64,000 nucleotides of DNA from Acidimicrobiia bacterium (GCA_965203555.1 CBDBCY010000004.1:2912001-2976000), one strand, 5' to 3'. Shown: positions 30,040-40,181, counted from the first letter of the stretch. Program-made: numbers and translations. The notes: generated by a model not told the origin, from the letters alone.

Positions 30040-30215
30040 GAGTCCGCTAGTTCACTCAGGACTTCGTGGAACCGTTCGAATGTCTCGCCGCGGGAGGCCT
30101 CGGTTTGTTCCGGTGAAGGGGCCTCGGCGGTCAAAGGCGAAAAGTCCCTCCTCTGCTGGTCTTGGCCGTCACTGCGGCCTTGAGCATCCTCCCCGGTTTG
30201 CCTTTTGACCTGCAT
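30036..30215 (-). CDS. 59-aa putative antitoxin-like peptide upstream of doc (not in ORF track)
   Basis: AAGGGGG RBS; ORF MQVKRQ...GETFERFHEVLSELADS*. Its stop overlaps the doc GTG start (GTGA). Confidence 0.55.
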   Translation of the reverse strand: MQVKRQTGEDAQGRSDGQDQQRRDFSPLTAEAPSPEQTEASRGETFERFHEVLSELADS

Positions 30216-30348
30216 CGTGCTGTCCCCCTTCTGCCTGATCCCAGATTCCCCCGGCCCGACCGGGGGAGAGTTTGAGTGGGTGGGCGGTGGGAGTAGATGG
30301 TGAATCTGCCAAAATGGGGCCTAGAAACGATCGAGGAGCGAACACGAC

Positions 30349-31134
30349 ATGGAACTGGCTGATCGGGTGGTGGTGGTGACCGGCGGGGGAAACGGGATCG
30401 GAGAGGGGATGTGCCGCCGTTTTGCCTCCGAAGGCGCCCGGGTGGCGGTAGTGGACATCGACGCTGCGGCGGCGCGGCGGGTGGGCGAGGACGTCGGCGG
30501 GCTGTGGTTCGGGGCCGATGTGGCGAAGGAGTCGGACACCCGGGACGTGGTGACCGGGGTCGAGGACCGCCTGGGGCCCATCGACCTGTACTGCGCCAAC
30601 GCCGGAATCGGGATGGAGGGGGGCGTGGAGACCACCGACGAGGACTGGCAGCGCATCTGGGAGATCAACTTCATGTCGCACGTGTACGTGGCGCGGGCCG
30701 TCCTTCCCGGGATGCTGGCCCGCGGTGAGGGGTACCTGCTGCACACCGCCTCGGCGGCGGGGCTTTTGACCAACTTCGGAGCGGCGGCCTATTCGGTGAC
30801 CAAGCACGCGGTGGTGGCCCTGGCCGAGTGGATGCAGATCACCTACGCCGACCAGGGGTTGAAGGTCTCGGTGCTGTGTCCCCAGTTCGTGTTCACCGGG
30901 TTGCTGGACGATTTGCTGCCGTCGGGGATGATGACCATGGCCAACCAGGTGGGATTGTCGCCCGATGAAGTGGCGGAGGTGGTGGTGGAGGGGCTGCGGG
31001 AAGAAAACTTCCTAATCCTGCCTCATCCGGAGGTGAGTGGCTATTTCGAATACAAGGCCACCGACTACGACCGTTGGCTTGCAGGAATGACCAGACTGCA
31101 GACCCGGCTGGGAATCGAGGTGCCGTCGCTTTGA
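30349..31134 (+). CDS. Short-chain dehydrogenase/reductase
   Basis: TGGGNGIG, ANAGI, TASAAG, YSVTKHA. Confidence 0.92.
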   Translation: MELADRVVVVTGGGNGIGEGMCRRFASEGARVAVVDIDAAAARRVGEDVGGLWFGADVAKESDTRDVVTGVEDRLGPIDLYCANAGIGMEGGVETTDEDWQRIWEINFMSHVYVARAVLPGMLARGEGYLLHTASAAGLLTNFGAAAYSVTKHAVVALAEWMQITYADQGLKVSVLCPQFVFTGLLDDLLPSGMMTMANQVGLSPDEVAEVVVEGLREENFLILPHPEVSGYFEYKATDYDRWLAGMTRLQTRLGIEVPSL

Positions 31135-33086
31135 AACTGCTGGTCGCCAACCGGGGCGAGATAGCCCGGCGGATCTTCCGCACCTGTCGCCAGATGGGTA
31201 TCGGGACGGTGGCGGTCTATTCGGATCCTGATCGCATGGCGCCCTTTGTGGCCGAGGCCGACGTGGCGGTGCGCTTGGGAGGGATGACCCCGGCCGAGTC
31301 CTACCTGCGGGGCGACGCGATCGTGGAGGCGGCACTGCGGGTTGGCGCCGATCTCGTCCATCCCGGTTACGGCTTCCTGGCTGAGGATGCCGACTTCGCG
31401 GCGGCGGTGGTGAAGGCTGGTTTGGTGTGGGTGGGTCCCCCGCCCCGGGCCATCGCGTTGATGGGCGACAAACTGGCCGCCAAGCAGATCATGACCGAAG
31501 CGGGAGTGCCGGTGCTCTCCTCGGTACGGGTGGGAGACGACGATTGGCTGGAAACCGCCCGGCAGATCGGGTTTCCGCTGATGGTCAAGGCGGCGGCAGG
31601 AGGCGGTGGTCGGGGGATGCGGACAGTGCGGTCTGTGGACGAGTTGGCTTCGGAAGTGGCCGGCGCCCGGCGCGAGGCGGAGTCGGCGTTCGGTGATGGC
31701 AGGGTGTTCGTGGAGAGCCTGGTCGAAGAGCCTCGCCACATCGAGGTACAGATCATGGCCGATCAACACGGGAACGTCCAAGCCCTGTTCGAGCGGGAGT
31801 GTTCCATTCAGCGCCGTCACCAAAAGATCGTGGAGGAGGCGCCGTCTCCTTTTGTGGATTCAGAGCTACGCCACCGGCTTTCCGAAGCGGCGGAGTCGGC
31901 GGCGCGGGCGGTGGATTACGTGGGTGCCGGCACGGTGGAGTTCATAGCGGCGGCCGACCGCAGCTTCTGGTTTCTGGAGATGAACACCCGCCTACAGGTG
32001 GAGCATCCGGTGACCGAGGAGATCACCGGGCTCGACCTGGTGCGGTTGCAAATCGAGGCGGCCTGCGGCGCCGATCTCTCCGGGGCGCTGGAAAGTGTCA
32101 CAATGCGGGGCCACGCTATCGAAGTGCGTATCTATGCCGAGGATCCGGTGGCCGGGTTTCTCCCCACCGCCGGCAGGATGGACCGTTTCGAGCTGCAGGC
32201 TTCGGGCATTCGGGTGGAGAGCGGCGTGGAATCGGGTGATGAGATCAGCGTCCACTACGACCCGATGCTGGCCAAGGTGATCGCCTGGGCGCCGGGTCGG
32301 GAGGAGGCTGCTCGTCGTCTTTCGCGGGAGCTTCGCCGGGCTCGCATCCACGGTCCGGTTACCAACCGTGATCTGCTGGTGCGGATTCTCGAGCATCCCG
32401 ACTTCGCCGAGGCGCGCACCGACACGAGCTTTTTGGTGCGTAACCGGCCCGAGGAGCTGGGGAAGCCGCTTCCCGGCGAGGCGGAGGAGCGGATGGCGGC
32501 GCTGGCGGCGGCACTGGCATCGCAGGCCGACCGGCGCGCTTCGGCCCGGGTGCAGTCCACCATTCCCAGCGGATGGCGAAACAGTCCCTCGCAATTGCAA
32601 GTCATGGAATTCATCGGTGCACAGGGGGATATCGAAGTCGGATACCGGTTGGACGCAAATCTGTGCCGGGTAAACGGCGAACAGGTGGTGGTCACCGGCC
32701 TGCCGGTGTGCCGGCCCGACCGGGTGGGTCTGGAAGTGGACGGGGTGCTGGGCTGGTACCGGGTGGCCCGGGTGAGCAACACCCACTTTGTGGATGGGCC
32801 GTCGGGGCTTAGCCGCCTGATGGAAAAGGAGCGCTATCCGGCGCCCGCCTTGGCGGAGCAGTCGGGATCGTTGCAGGCGCCCATGCCCGGGAGGGTGATC
32901 GAGGTGGCCCCTGCGGTGGGAGCGCGGGTCGAGAAAGGAGAGGTTCTGGTGGTGATGGAGGCTATGAAGATGGAGCACGGGTTGCGCGCTCCCCACTCGG
33001 GCACAGTGGTGTCGGTACTGTCGACGCCTGGGGAGCAGGTGGAGGGCGGACAGGTTCTGGTGGTGATGGAAGAGAAAGGAGATTGA
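31131..33086 (+). CDS. Acyl-CoA carboxylase alpha subunit (biotin carboxylase plus BCCP)
   Basis: LVANRGEIA, HPGYGFLAE, KAAAGGGGRGM, ERECSIQRRHQK, EMNTRLQVEH, biotinylation site EAMKME. Confidence 0.95.
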   Translation: MKLLVANRGEIARRIFRTCRQMGIGTVAVYSDPDRMAPFVAEADVAVRLGGMTPAESYLRGDAIVEAALRVGADLVHPGYGFLAEDADFAAAVVKAGLVWVGPPPRAIALMGDKLAAKQIMTEAGVPVLSSVRVGDDDWLETARQIGFPLMVKAAAGGGGRGMRTVRSVDELASEVAGARREAESAFGDGRVFVESLVEEPRHIEVQIMADQHGNVQALFERECSIQRRHQKIVEEAPSPFVDSELRHRLSEAAESAARAVDYVGAGTVEFIAAADRSFWFLEMNTRLQVEHPVTEEITGLDLVRLQIEAACGADLSGALESVTMRGHAIEVRIYAEDPVAGFLPTAGRMDRFELQASGIRVESGVESGDEISVHYDPMLAKVIAWAPGREEAARRLSRELRRARIHGPVTNRDLLVRILEHPDFAEARTDTSFLVRNRPEELGKPLPGEAEERMAALAAALASQADRRASARVQSTIPSGWRNSPSQLQVMEFIGAQGDIEVGYRLDANLCRVNGEQVVVTGLPVCRPDRVGLEVDGVLGWYRVARVSNTHFVDGPSGLSRLMEKERYPAPALAEQSGSLQAPMPGRVIEVAPAVGARVEKGEVLVVMEAMKMEHGLRAPHSGTVVSVLSTPGEQVEGGQVLVVMEEKGD

Positions 33087-33088
33087 CG

Positions 33089-33988
33089 ATGAGTGAGAAG
33101 CTGGGATTCATCGGGCTGGGGATCATGGGAGGGGGAATGGCCGCCAACCTGGTGCGCGCCGGCTATGAGGTGACGGTATGGAACCGTACCGCCTCGCGGA
33201 TGGCGCCGGTAACCGACCTGGGCGCACAGGCGGCGGGATCGCCCCGGGAGGTGGCGGAACGGTCGACGGTGGTGATGATCTGTGTCTCCGACACGCCCGA
33301 TGTGGTTGCGGTGACCGAAGGCGCCGACGGCGTGCTGGCCGGGTTGGCGCCGGGTTCGGTGGTGGTGGATCACTCTACGATCAGCCCGTCCGAGACCCGG
33401 CGGTTGGCGGCCCTGGCCGAGGAGGCGGGAGGTTCGTGGCTGGACGGCCCGGTCAGCGGAGGAAGCGAAGGGGCGGCGCTGGGAACATTGTCGATCATGG
33501 TGGGCGGCGGAGCCTCGGACCTGGAGCGGGTGCGTCCGTACCTGGAGGCCATGGGAAAGAGCATCACCCACACCGGTCCGGTTGGGTCGGGACAGATGGT
33601 GAAGCTGGTCAACCAGGTGCTGGTGGTGGTGAACCAACTGGCGGTGTCGGAGGCTTTGCTGTTCGCCGAGGTCGGGGGGCTTGACCTGGACGCCACGCTG
33701 TCGGCGGTGACCGGGGGAGCGGCGGGTTCGTGGATGCTGGCCAACCGGGGTCCACAGATGATCGTGCGGGACTGGCGTCCGGGATTTACCATCGACCTTC
33801 AGCAAAAGGACTTGCGGTTGGTCCTGGAAGCGGCTGACGAGTTGGGTGTCCCCCTGCCGGGAACCGCAGTGGTGTTCCAGCTCTACCGGGCTCTACAGCA
33901 CCGGGGCCTGGGATCGGAGGGCAACCACGCACTGGTTAAGGCCTTGGAACACATCGTGGGCGCGCAGGTGGGAGAATCCCCGCATTAA
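33089..33988 (+). CDS. Beta-hydroxyacid dehydrogenase family (3-hydroxyisobutyrate dehydrogenase / tartronate semialdehyde reductase-like), copy 1
   Basis: GFIGLGIMG, DGPVSGG, GSGQMVKLVNQ, FTIDLQQKDL. Confidence 0.92.
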   Translation: MSEKLGFIGLGIMGGGMAANLVRAGYEVTVWNRTASRMAPVTDLGAQAAGSPREVAERSTVVMICVSDTPDVVAVTEGADGVLAGLAPGSVVVDHSTISPSETRRLAALAEEAGGSWLDGPVSGGSEGAALGTLSIMVGGGASDLERVRPYLEAMGKSITHTGPVGSGQMVKLVNQVLVVVNQLAVSEALLFAEVGGLDLDATLSAVTGGAAGSWMLANRGPQMIVRDWRPGFTIDLQQKDLRLVLEAADELGVPLPGTAVVFQLYRALQHRGLGSEGNHALVKALEHIVGAQVGESPH

Positions 33989-34080
33989 TTGGGTCCGGTA
34001 TGCAAGTGTTGGCGGGATCTCGGTGGTGAGCAGGTGGAGACCGGTTAGGTTCTGGTGGTGATGGAAGAGAAAGGAGATTG

Positions 34081-34983
34081 ATGGTGAGTGAGAAGCTTGG
34101 GTTTATCGGGTTGGGGATCATGGGTGGGGGAATGGCCGCCAACCTGGTGCGCGCCGGGTTCGAGGTGACGGTGTGGAATCGGACTGCTTCGCGGATGGCG
34201 CCGGTAACCGACCTGGGCGCACAGGCGGCGGGATCGCCCCGGGAGGTGGCGGAACGGTCTTCGGTTGTGTTGATCTGTGTCTCCGACACGCCCGATGTGG
34301 TGGCGGTGACCGAGGGCGCCGACGGGGTGCTGGCCGGGTTGTCGGCGGGTTCGGTGGTGGTGGATCATTCCACGATCAGCCCGTCCGAGACCCGGCGGCT
34401 GGCGGCCCTGGCCGTGGAGGCGGGGGGTTCGTGGCTGGACGGCCCGGTGAGCGGGGGCAGCGAGGGCGCGGCTTTGGGGACTCTGTCGATCATGGTGGGC
34501 GGCGAGGCTTCGGATCTGGATCGGGTCCGCCCGTACCTGGAGGCGATGGGAAAGACGATCACCCATACGGGTCCGGTTGGGTCGGGACAGATGGTGAAGC
34601 TGGTCAACCAAGTGCTGGTGGTGGTGAACATGCTGGCGGCGTCGGAGGCCTTGTTGCTCGCGGATGCCGGCGGGTTGGATCTGGATGCCACGCTGTCGGC
34701 GGTGACCGGGGGAGCGGCGGGGTCGTGGATGCTGGCCAACCGGGGCCCGCAGATCGTTGTGCGGGACTGGCGTCCCGGTTTCACCGTCGATCTGCAGCAA
34801 AAGGACCTCCGGCTGGTGCTGGAGGCGGCTGACGAGTTGGGTGTTCCCCTGCCGGGGACCGCGCTGGTCTTCCAACTCTACCGGGCTGTGCAGCGCCGGG
34901 GCCTGGGCGCCGAGGGTCAACATGCTTTGGTGAAAGCCCTGGAGCACATGGCCGGCGTAAAGGTGGGGGAGGCTCCTCAGTAG
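34081..34983 (+). CDS. Beta-hydroxyacid dehydrogenase family, copy 2
   Basis: Same motifs as copy 1; about 28 substitutions in ~299 aa by manual comparison. Confidence 0.92.
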   Translation: MVSEKLGFIGLGIMGGGMAANLVRAGFEVTVWNRTASRMAPVTDLGAQAAGSPREVAERSSVVLICVSDTPDVVAVTEGADGVLAGLSAGSVVVDHSTISPSETRRLAALAVEAGGSWLDGPVSGGSEGAALGTLSIMVGGEASDLDRVRPYLEAMGKTITHTGPVGSGQMVKLVNQVLVVVNMLAASEALLLADAGGLDLDATLSAVTGGAAGSWMLANRGPQIVVRDWRPGFTVDLQQKDLRLVLEAADELGVPLPGTALVFQLYRAVQRRGLGAEGQHALVKALEHMAGVKVGEAPQ

Positions 34984-35777
34984 TGGCGGGCATGCAGTCG
35001 GTGCTGGCCGACCTGGCCGGTGAGCAGGCGGCGCTCGACAGCCTGGTGGCGGAACTGGACCAGTCCGGGTGGGCCACCGCTACCCCCTCGGAAGGGTGGA
35101 ACGTCTCCGATCAGATCAGCCACCTGGCCTACTTCGACGAGAAGGCCGCCCAGACGGTGACCGATCCGGAGGACTTCGTGGCGATGGTGGCCGAACTGAT
35201 GGCATCGGAGGACCCGTGGGGCTTGGAGGATCAAATCATGGCCCGGGGTCGGGCGATGAGCGGGTCCGAGTTGCTGGCCTGGTGGCGAGAGTCCCGGGCG
35301 CGGTTGCACGCCGCCATGGGAGGCGTCGACCCGGATCGGAGGCTTCCCTGGTACGGGCCGCCGATGAAGGCCTATTCCTCGGCGCAGGCCCGGCTGATGG
35401 AGAACTGGGCTCACGGGCAGGATGTGGCCGAGGCGCTGGGTGTGCATTATCCGGTTTCGGACCGGATCTATCACGTGGCTGAGTTGGGGATCAAGACCTT
35501 CTCGTGGAGTTTCCGCAACCGGGGCCTCGGGGTGCCTGAGCAGAGGGTGCGGGTAGCCCTGCGGGGATCGTCAGGCCGGACCTGGGTATGGAACGACGGG
35601 GGTGCGTCATGCGTGACCGGTCCGTTGCAGGACTTCTGCCTGGTGGTTACCCAGCGCCGGCACGTGGACGACACCCGGCTGGTGATCGAGGGCGACTTGG
35701 CGGCTCAGTGGATGAGAATCGCTCAGGCCTACGCAGGCCCTCCCGGTCCGGGGCGTCCTCCTTCGGAGAGGAACTGA
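34983..35777 (+). CDS. TIGR03084-family (MDMPI/DinB-like) metal-binding protein
   Basis: WATATPSEGWNVSDQISHLAYFD, LPWYGPPM, ARLMENWAHGQD, DFCLVVTQRRH, IAQAYAGPPG. Confidence 0.88.
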   Translation: MAGMQSVLADLAGEQAALDSLVAELDQSGWATATPSEGWNVSDQISHLAYFDEKAAQTVTDPEDFVAMVAELMASEDPWGLEDQIMARGRAMSGSELLAWWRESRARLHAAMGGVDPDRRLPWYGPPMKAYSSAQARLMENWAHGQDVAEALGVHYPVSDRIYHVAELGIKTFSWSFRNRGLGVPEQRVRVALRGSSGRTWVWNDGGASCVTGPLQDFCLVVTQRRHVDDTRLVIEGDLAAQWMRIAQAYAGPPGPGRPPSERN

Positions 35778-36245
35778 TCGTTGCACTCTTGCTGTTCGAC
35801 GTCAAGCTCCGATAGGTGCGTTCAAAAGGTGACGGACCCCGGCTGGTGGATACATACCGCGGGCAAGGGACACACGTCCGGGAGAGGCCTGTTATCGGGG
35901 CCGGGGAGTCGGGGATCGGCGGGATTGAATCGGCTTCTTCCCTGAAGGGTTGTTCCCGGAGAGATTGAAGTACACGAACAACTTCCGCGTATCGACCGGC
36001 GACCGCGTAAGGGAGGCGCTCCGGTACGTGCGGGTGGGAGTCTTGGGAAGCAGGTTGACAGTTGGATTCTTTCAGCGCCAGACGGGGAATTGAGGGAGGC
36101 GTCTACAATGATCGGTCGGCGCCCTCTTGCGTGTTGAAACCACGCCGCCGCCCACAGAGGACGACGCTCACAATCTTCGCCTGAGCCTCGGATCGCAGGA
36201 CACCGGTATGTTCGGGATCGCTGCGGGTTCGGATCGGGGTTGCGA

Positions 36246-37667
36246 TCAACAGGCAGGACGGATGGTCATCCCGTGATCGATCTTGCGAGGCAGGAGCTTG
36301 CCGGTCGGGGCGGCGGTGAAGTCGCCGTTTGAAACCGCCACCTTTCCGCGCAGGATGGTGGTCACCGGCCACCCCTCGATCTCGTATCCCTCCCAGATGC
36401 TGTAGTCGGAGATGTGAAAGTCGTCCGCGGTCAGCTGGCGCTTGATAGTCGGGTCAATCAGGCAGATGTCGGCGTCGCTGCCCGGCGCCAGCACACCCTT
36501 GCGTGGGTAAAGGCCCATGATCTTGGCTGCGTTGGTCGACGTGACGTCCACGAACCGCTGCAGTTCCATTCCCTGTCGGACCACGCCCTCGCTGAAGGTG
36601 ACGCCCATCCGGGTCTCGACGCCGTTGTGGCCGCCGGTGACGTCCAAGATGGTCCTCCCCACTGTTTTGGTCTCCCACGACGTGCAGTACTCATCGGTGG
36701 CCATCGTCTGCAGATCGCCCCCGATGATGGCCTTCCACAGGGCCGCCCGGTCGTCCTCGGACTTCAGGGAGGGGTAGGTGTGGTACTTCATCCCGAACTC
36801 CTCCCGGTAGTTCGCCTCGCTGAAGCAGCAGTAGTTATGGAGTGTCTCGCCGTAGACCGGGCGGCCGTTGGCGCGGGCCTCGGCGATGGCCTTCACTCCC
36901 GATTGGGCGCTGACGTGGACGAAGTAGACCGGTGCGCCGGTCCACTCGGCCTGCCGCAGCACCCGTCGGAACGACATGTCTTCTGATTCGACGCTGTGGA
37001 CCAGCGGCATGTTGGGCCACTCGGTGCGTCCCTCCCGGACCAGTTTCTGATGCATGTGCTGCACCATGTCGTCCTCTTCGGCATGAACCAACAACATGGC
37101 ATCCAGTTCCCTGATTCGGGTCATGAGATCGTGGAGGTGCCCGCTGCGGACCATGCGGGGAACATCGCCTGCCGAGGGCGGACGGACCTCGGTCGTGAAG
37201 ATCTTGAAGGTGGGGAAGCCATCCTCCACCGCCTCGTGAATCGAACCGATGATCTCAGGCGGAATGTCTCCCAGGAGCATCACATGATGGGAGTAGTCGG
37301 CATAGGAATTGCCCTGCCAGACACCGGTCCGCTCTTCCATGGCTTGGGGGATGTCGAAACCGGGATACAGGACCGCGAAGTCCAGCAAAGTGGTGGTGCC
37401 GCCGAACAGCGCGGCGCGGCTGACCTGCTCGGGAGGAGCCGTCAGGAGATCGCCGCGACCGACGATGGGAGCGGCGATGTGAGCGTGTGGTTCGATACCG
37501 CCGGGGACCACGACCATCCCGGAGGCGTCGATGACCCGGCCCACTTCGGCAGTCAGAACACCTGGCGCGGTCACCGCCACGATCTTTTCCCCCCTGACCG
37601 CCACGTCCCACACGCCAACACCCGTGGGGGTAACCACTTTCCCGCCCCGAATGACCAGGTCCAACAT
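36246..37667 (-). CDS. Dihydropyrimidinase/hydantoinase-family amidohydrolase
   Basis: PGGIEPHAH, AALFGGTTT, TFKIF, VHAE, FVHVS, YGETLH, GSDAD, GWPVTTILRG. Start trimmed to MLDLVIRGG. Confidence 0.88.
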   Translation of the reverse strand: MLDLVIRGGKVVTPTGVGVWDVAVRGEKIVAVTAPGVLTAEVGRVIDASGMVVVPGGIEPHAHIAAPIVGRGDLLTAPPEQVSRAALFGGTTTLLDFAVLYPGFDIPQAMEERTGVWQGNSYADYSHHVMLLGDIPPEIIGSIHEAVEDGFPTFKIFTTEVRPPSAGDVPRMVRSGHLHDLMTRIRELDAMLLVHAEEDDMVQHMHQKLVREGRTEWPNMPLVHSVESEDMSFRRVLRQAEWTGAPVYFVHVSAQSGVKAIAEARANGRPVYGETLHNYCCFSEANYREEFGMKYHTYPSLKSEDDRAALWKAIIGGDLQTMATDEYCTSWETKTVGRTILDVTGGHNGVETRMGVTFSEGVVRQGMELQRFVDVTSTNAAKIMGLYPRKGVLAPGSDADICLIDPTIKRQLTADDFHISDYSIWEGYEIEGWPVTTILRGKVAVSNGDFTAAPTGKLLPRKIDHGMTIRPAC

Positions 37668-37997
37668 TTCCGGGCCGGACCGCTTAGAAAGTGGTGAGGA
37701 CCGAGGCGGCCGGGGATGTCGCCGATGTGGCGGGGCCGGCCGGGTCGTCGTATGGCATCGAGCGCCAAGCCTAATCCCCGAGAGGAAAACAAGGCGCCCC
37801 GGCAAACAAGATCAAGCATCACCGACCAGGGCTTGGGGTGGGTCTCTGCCGGTGAACTCCACCTACGCAAGGACTCTGACGAACAACTTCTCGGAAAGTG
37901 AAGCGACCAACCGGCCCGCATTGGAGCGTCTCCGACTGGGGAGAGTCTCCTGCACATCAGGGGGCGCCGACCAGGTGGTCTCTAACCTTCCGGTGAT

Positions 37998-39029
37998 ATG
38001 AGAATCAAGTCCCGGGCGGTGACCGAACGAAGCGCCAAAGACCCATGGCGACGGTTCCGAGCCGGGTTGGGAGTACTGGGCATGGTGCTCTTTGGGGGTA
38101 CCGCCGGTTACACGGCGCTGGGCCTGAATCCGCTCGACGCCTTCTACCAGACTGTGATCACCATCTCGACGGTCGGGTATCGGGAAGTGGGAGACGTCAG
38201 CGGCCGCTATCAAGTATTCACCGTCCTTCTGATCCTGTTCGGTACCGGCACTGCGCTTTATACGCTTAGTGTGTTGATTGAGACCATGTTCGAAGGTCGG
38301 CTCGACGGCCAGTTCAGGAGACGACGCATGCGGCGGAGAATCAACCGGCTTAGCAACCACATTGTTCTATGTGGATACGGGCAGATGGGCCGAGCCATCG
38401 AGGAAGAGCTTCTAAGAGCCGGAGAAGCAGTGGTGGTAGTTGATCAACAAGAACCGGATCGCCCCCCTACTTCCGACCGACACCTGATGTTGATCGGGGA
38501 CGCTACCGACGACCATGCCATCCTCGAGGCGGGTCTGGACCGGGCCAAGACCCTGATCATCGCCCTCGACTCTGACATCGACAACCTGTACATAGCGTTG
38601 ACCGCCCGTTCTATCAATCCAGACCTGTTTATAGTGGCCAGAGCCAACCAGTCGGCCGCCATCCCAAAACTTCAACAGGTCGGCGCCGACCGGGTGGTCA
38701 ACCCTCACCAAATCGGCGGGGCCCGCATGGCCGCACTCGTATCACACCCTGAAGTAGCCGAGTTTCTCGACGTCGTCATGCGGCACGGCGAATTCGAAGT
38801 CCGGCTGGCCCAGATCCGCATCAGCGACCGTTCGGTGTTCGCCCACCTCTCCCTTCAGGACTGCGCTATCCGCACCATCACCGGCGCCAATGTACTCGCT
38901 GTTCTCCGCCAAGGGTCTTTCATAACCAACCCCTCCCGGCATTTTGTCCTGCTACCCGACGACATACTCATCTCCCTGGGCACCGCAGAACAACTCGAAG
39001 CACTGGCAGCACAAGCGCTAAAACGCTGA
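37998..39029 (+). CDS. Potassium channel family protein (2TM-P plus RCK N/C)
   Basis: DAFYQTVITISTVGY, HIVLCGYGQMG, GDATDD, C-terminal TrkA-C-like domain. Confidence 0.9.
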   Translation: MRIKSRAVTERSAKDPWRRFRAGLGVLGMVLFGGTAGYTALGLNPLDAFYQTVITISTVGYREVGDVSGRYQVFTVLLILFGTGTALYTLSVLIETMFEGRLDGQFRRRRMRRRINRLSNHIVLCGYGQMGRAIEEELLRAGEAVVVVDQQEPDRPPTSDRHLMLIGDATDDHAILEAGLDRAKTLIIALDSDIDNLYIALTARSINPDLFIVARANQSAAIPKLQQVGADRVVNPHQIGGARMAALVSHPEVAEFLDVVMRHGEFEVRLAQIRISDRSVFAHLSLQDCAIRTITGANVLAVLRQGSFITNPSRHFVLLPDDILISLGTAEQLEALAAQALKR

Positions 39030-39040
39030 ACTCGACCTAC

Positions 39041-39256
39041 TCAGAAGCCGATCGGGAATCCGCTGAAGGCGAAGGTCAGAAAGCCCACCACCATGGCGAT
39101 CGCCGATCGCGCTCGCTTGGTGTTCTGGCGAATGCCGAACGACCCGAAGATGGCGGCCAGGCCTCCCGCGACGGTGGGGAGGATCTGGTTGATCGGAAAC
39201 ACCGCCACCGACACGAGAGCGAGTATCAGACTGGGCGTGGCCCACTTGTTCTCCAT
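39041..39256 (-). CDS. Small hypothetical membrane protein
   Basis: MENKWATPSLILALVSV..., three short hydrophobic segments; fills the gap between genes. Confidence 0.5.
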   Translation of the reverse strand: MENKWATPSLILALVSVAVFPINQILPTVAGGLAAIFGSFGIRQNTKRARSAIAMVVGFLTFAFSGFPIGF

Positions 39257-39290
39257 GACGGTTACGAGCATAGGGTATGATGACAGATGG

Positions 39291-40181
39291 ATGACCCGGA
39301 CCCCTCAAATCGACTGTGTGGTGGCCGCCGACGCCCAACTGGGAGAGAGCCCTGTCTGGGACGTGGAAAGGCAGGTGCTGTGGTGGGTGGACATCAACGG
39401 TCGGGTCATCCATCATTACGATCCGGTGGCGGACGAGGACCGTTCCACCGCTGTTCCCCGCAAACCGGCTGCGCTGGCGGTCCGTCGAAGCGGCGGTCTG
39501 GTGGTCGCCACCGACCAGGGCTTTCATGCATTCTCTCCCGACACCGGTGGCTTAACCGTCCTGGCGCCCGATCCGGAGCCTGACCTGCCCGCCAACCGGC
39601 TCAACGACTCCCGCTGCGACCGGCAGGGGCGGTTTTGGGCCGGCAGTATGCACGACCCCACTTCCGCCAAGGTGGCCGAGGGAAGGCTTCACCGGCTTGA
39701 TCCGGACCTTTCGGTGACGACGTTCGCAAAGGGACTGGGGGTCTCCAACGGGCTGGCGTTCTCTCCCGACGGTCGCACCATGTACCACGCCGACACTTGG
39801 GCGGAGACGGTGTGGGCCTATGACTATGACCCGGACGAGGGGGTTCCCAGCAACAAGCGGGTGTTCGCCGAATTTTTCGATGTGGCGGGACGTCCCGACG
39901 GAGCGACGGTGGACGAGTCGGGGTGCTATTGGGTGGCGCTGGTGCGGGGAGGCCAGTTGGCCCGGCTCACTCCCCGGGGAGAGCTGGACCGGTTGATTCC
40001 CTTCCCGGTCACTGTTCCCACCATGCCGGCTTTCGGGGGTGCGGGCCTGGACACCATGTTCGTCACCTGCCTGGGCGCTGGAGCGGTGTCGGGCGCCGAT
40101 GCCCGGCCGGGTCTCGACGGAGGCCTGTTCGCTTTCGATCCGGGCTGCCGTGGTCTGCCCGAGCCGAGTTTCGCAGGGTGA
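39291..40181 (+). CDS. SMP-30/gluconolactonase/LRE family protein
   Basis: LGESPVWD, NRLND, SNGLAFSPDG, RPDGATVD, PAFGG. Confidence 0.92.
   Translation: MTRTPQIDCVVAADAQLGESPVWDVERQVLWWVDINGRVIHHYDPVADEDRSTAVPRKPAALAVRRSGGLVVATDQGFHAFSPDTGGLTVLAPDPEPDLPANRLNDSRCDRQGRFWAGSMHDPTSAKVAEGRLHRLDPDLSVTTFAKGLGVSNGLAFSPDGRTMYHADTWAETVWAYDYDPDEGVPSNKRVFAEFFDVAGRPDGATVDESGCYWVALVRGGQLARLTPRGELDRLIPFPVTVPTMPAFGGAGLDTMFVTCLGAGAVSGADARPGLDGGLFAFDPGCRGLPEPSFAG

Larger units (their letters stand above)
33033..34983 (+). repeat. Diverged tandem duplication of about 1 kb, including the 3' end of the carboxylase gene
   Basis: GAGCAGGTGGAG...AGGTTCTGGTGGTGATGGAAGAGAAAGGAGATTGA occurs before both dehydrogenase copies (~33033-33086 and ~34028-34081). 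Confidence 0.9.
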
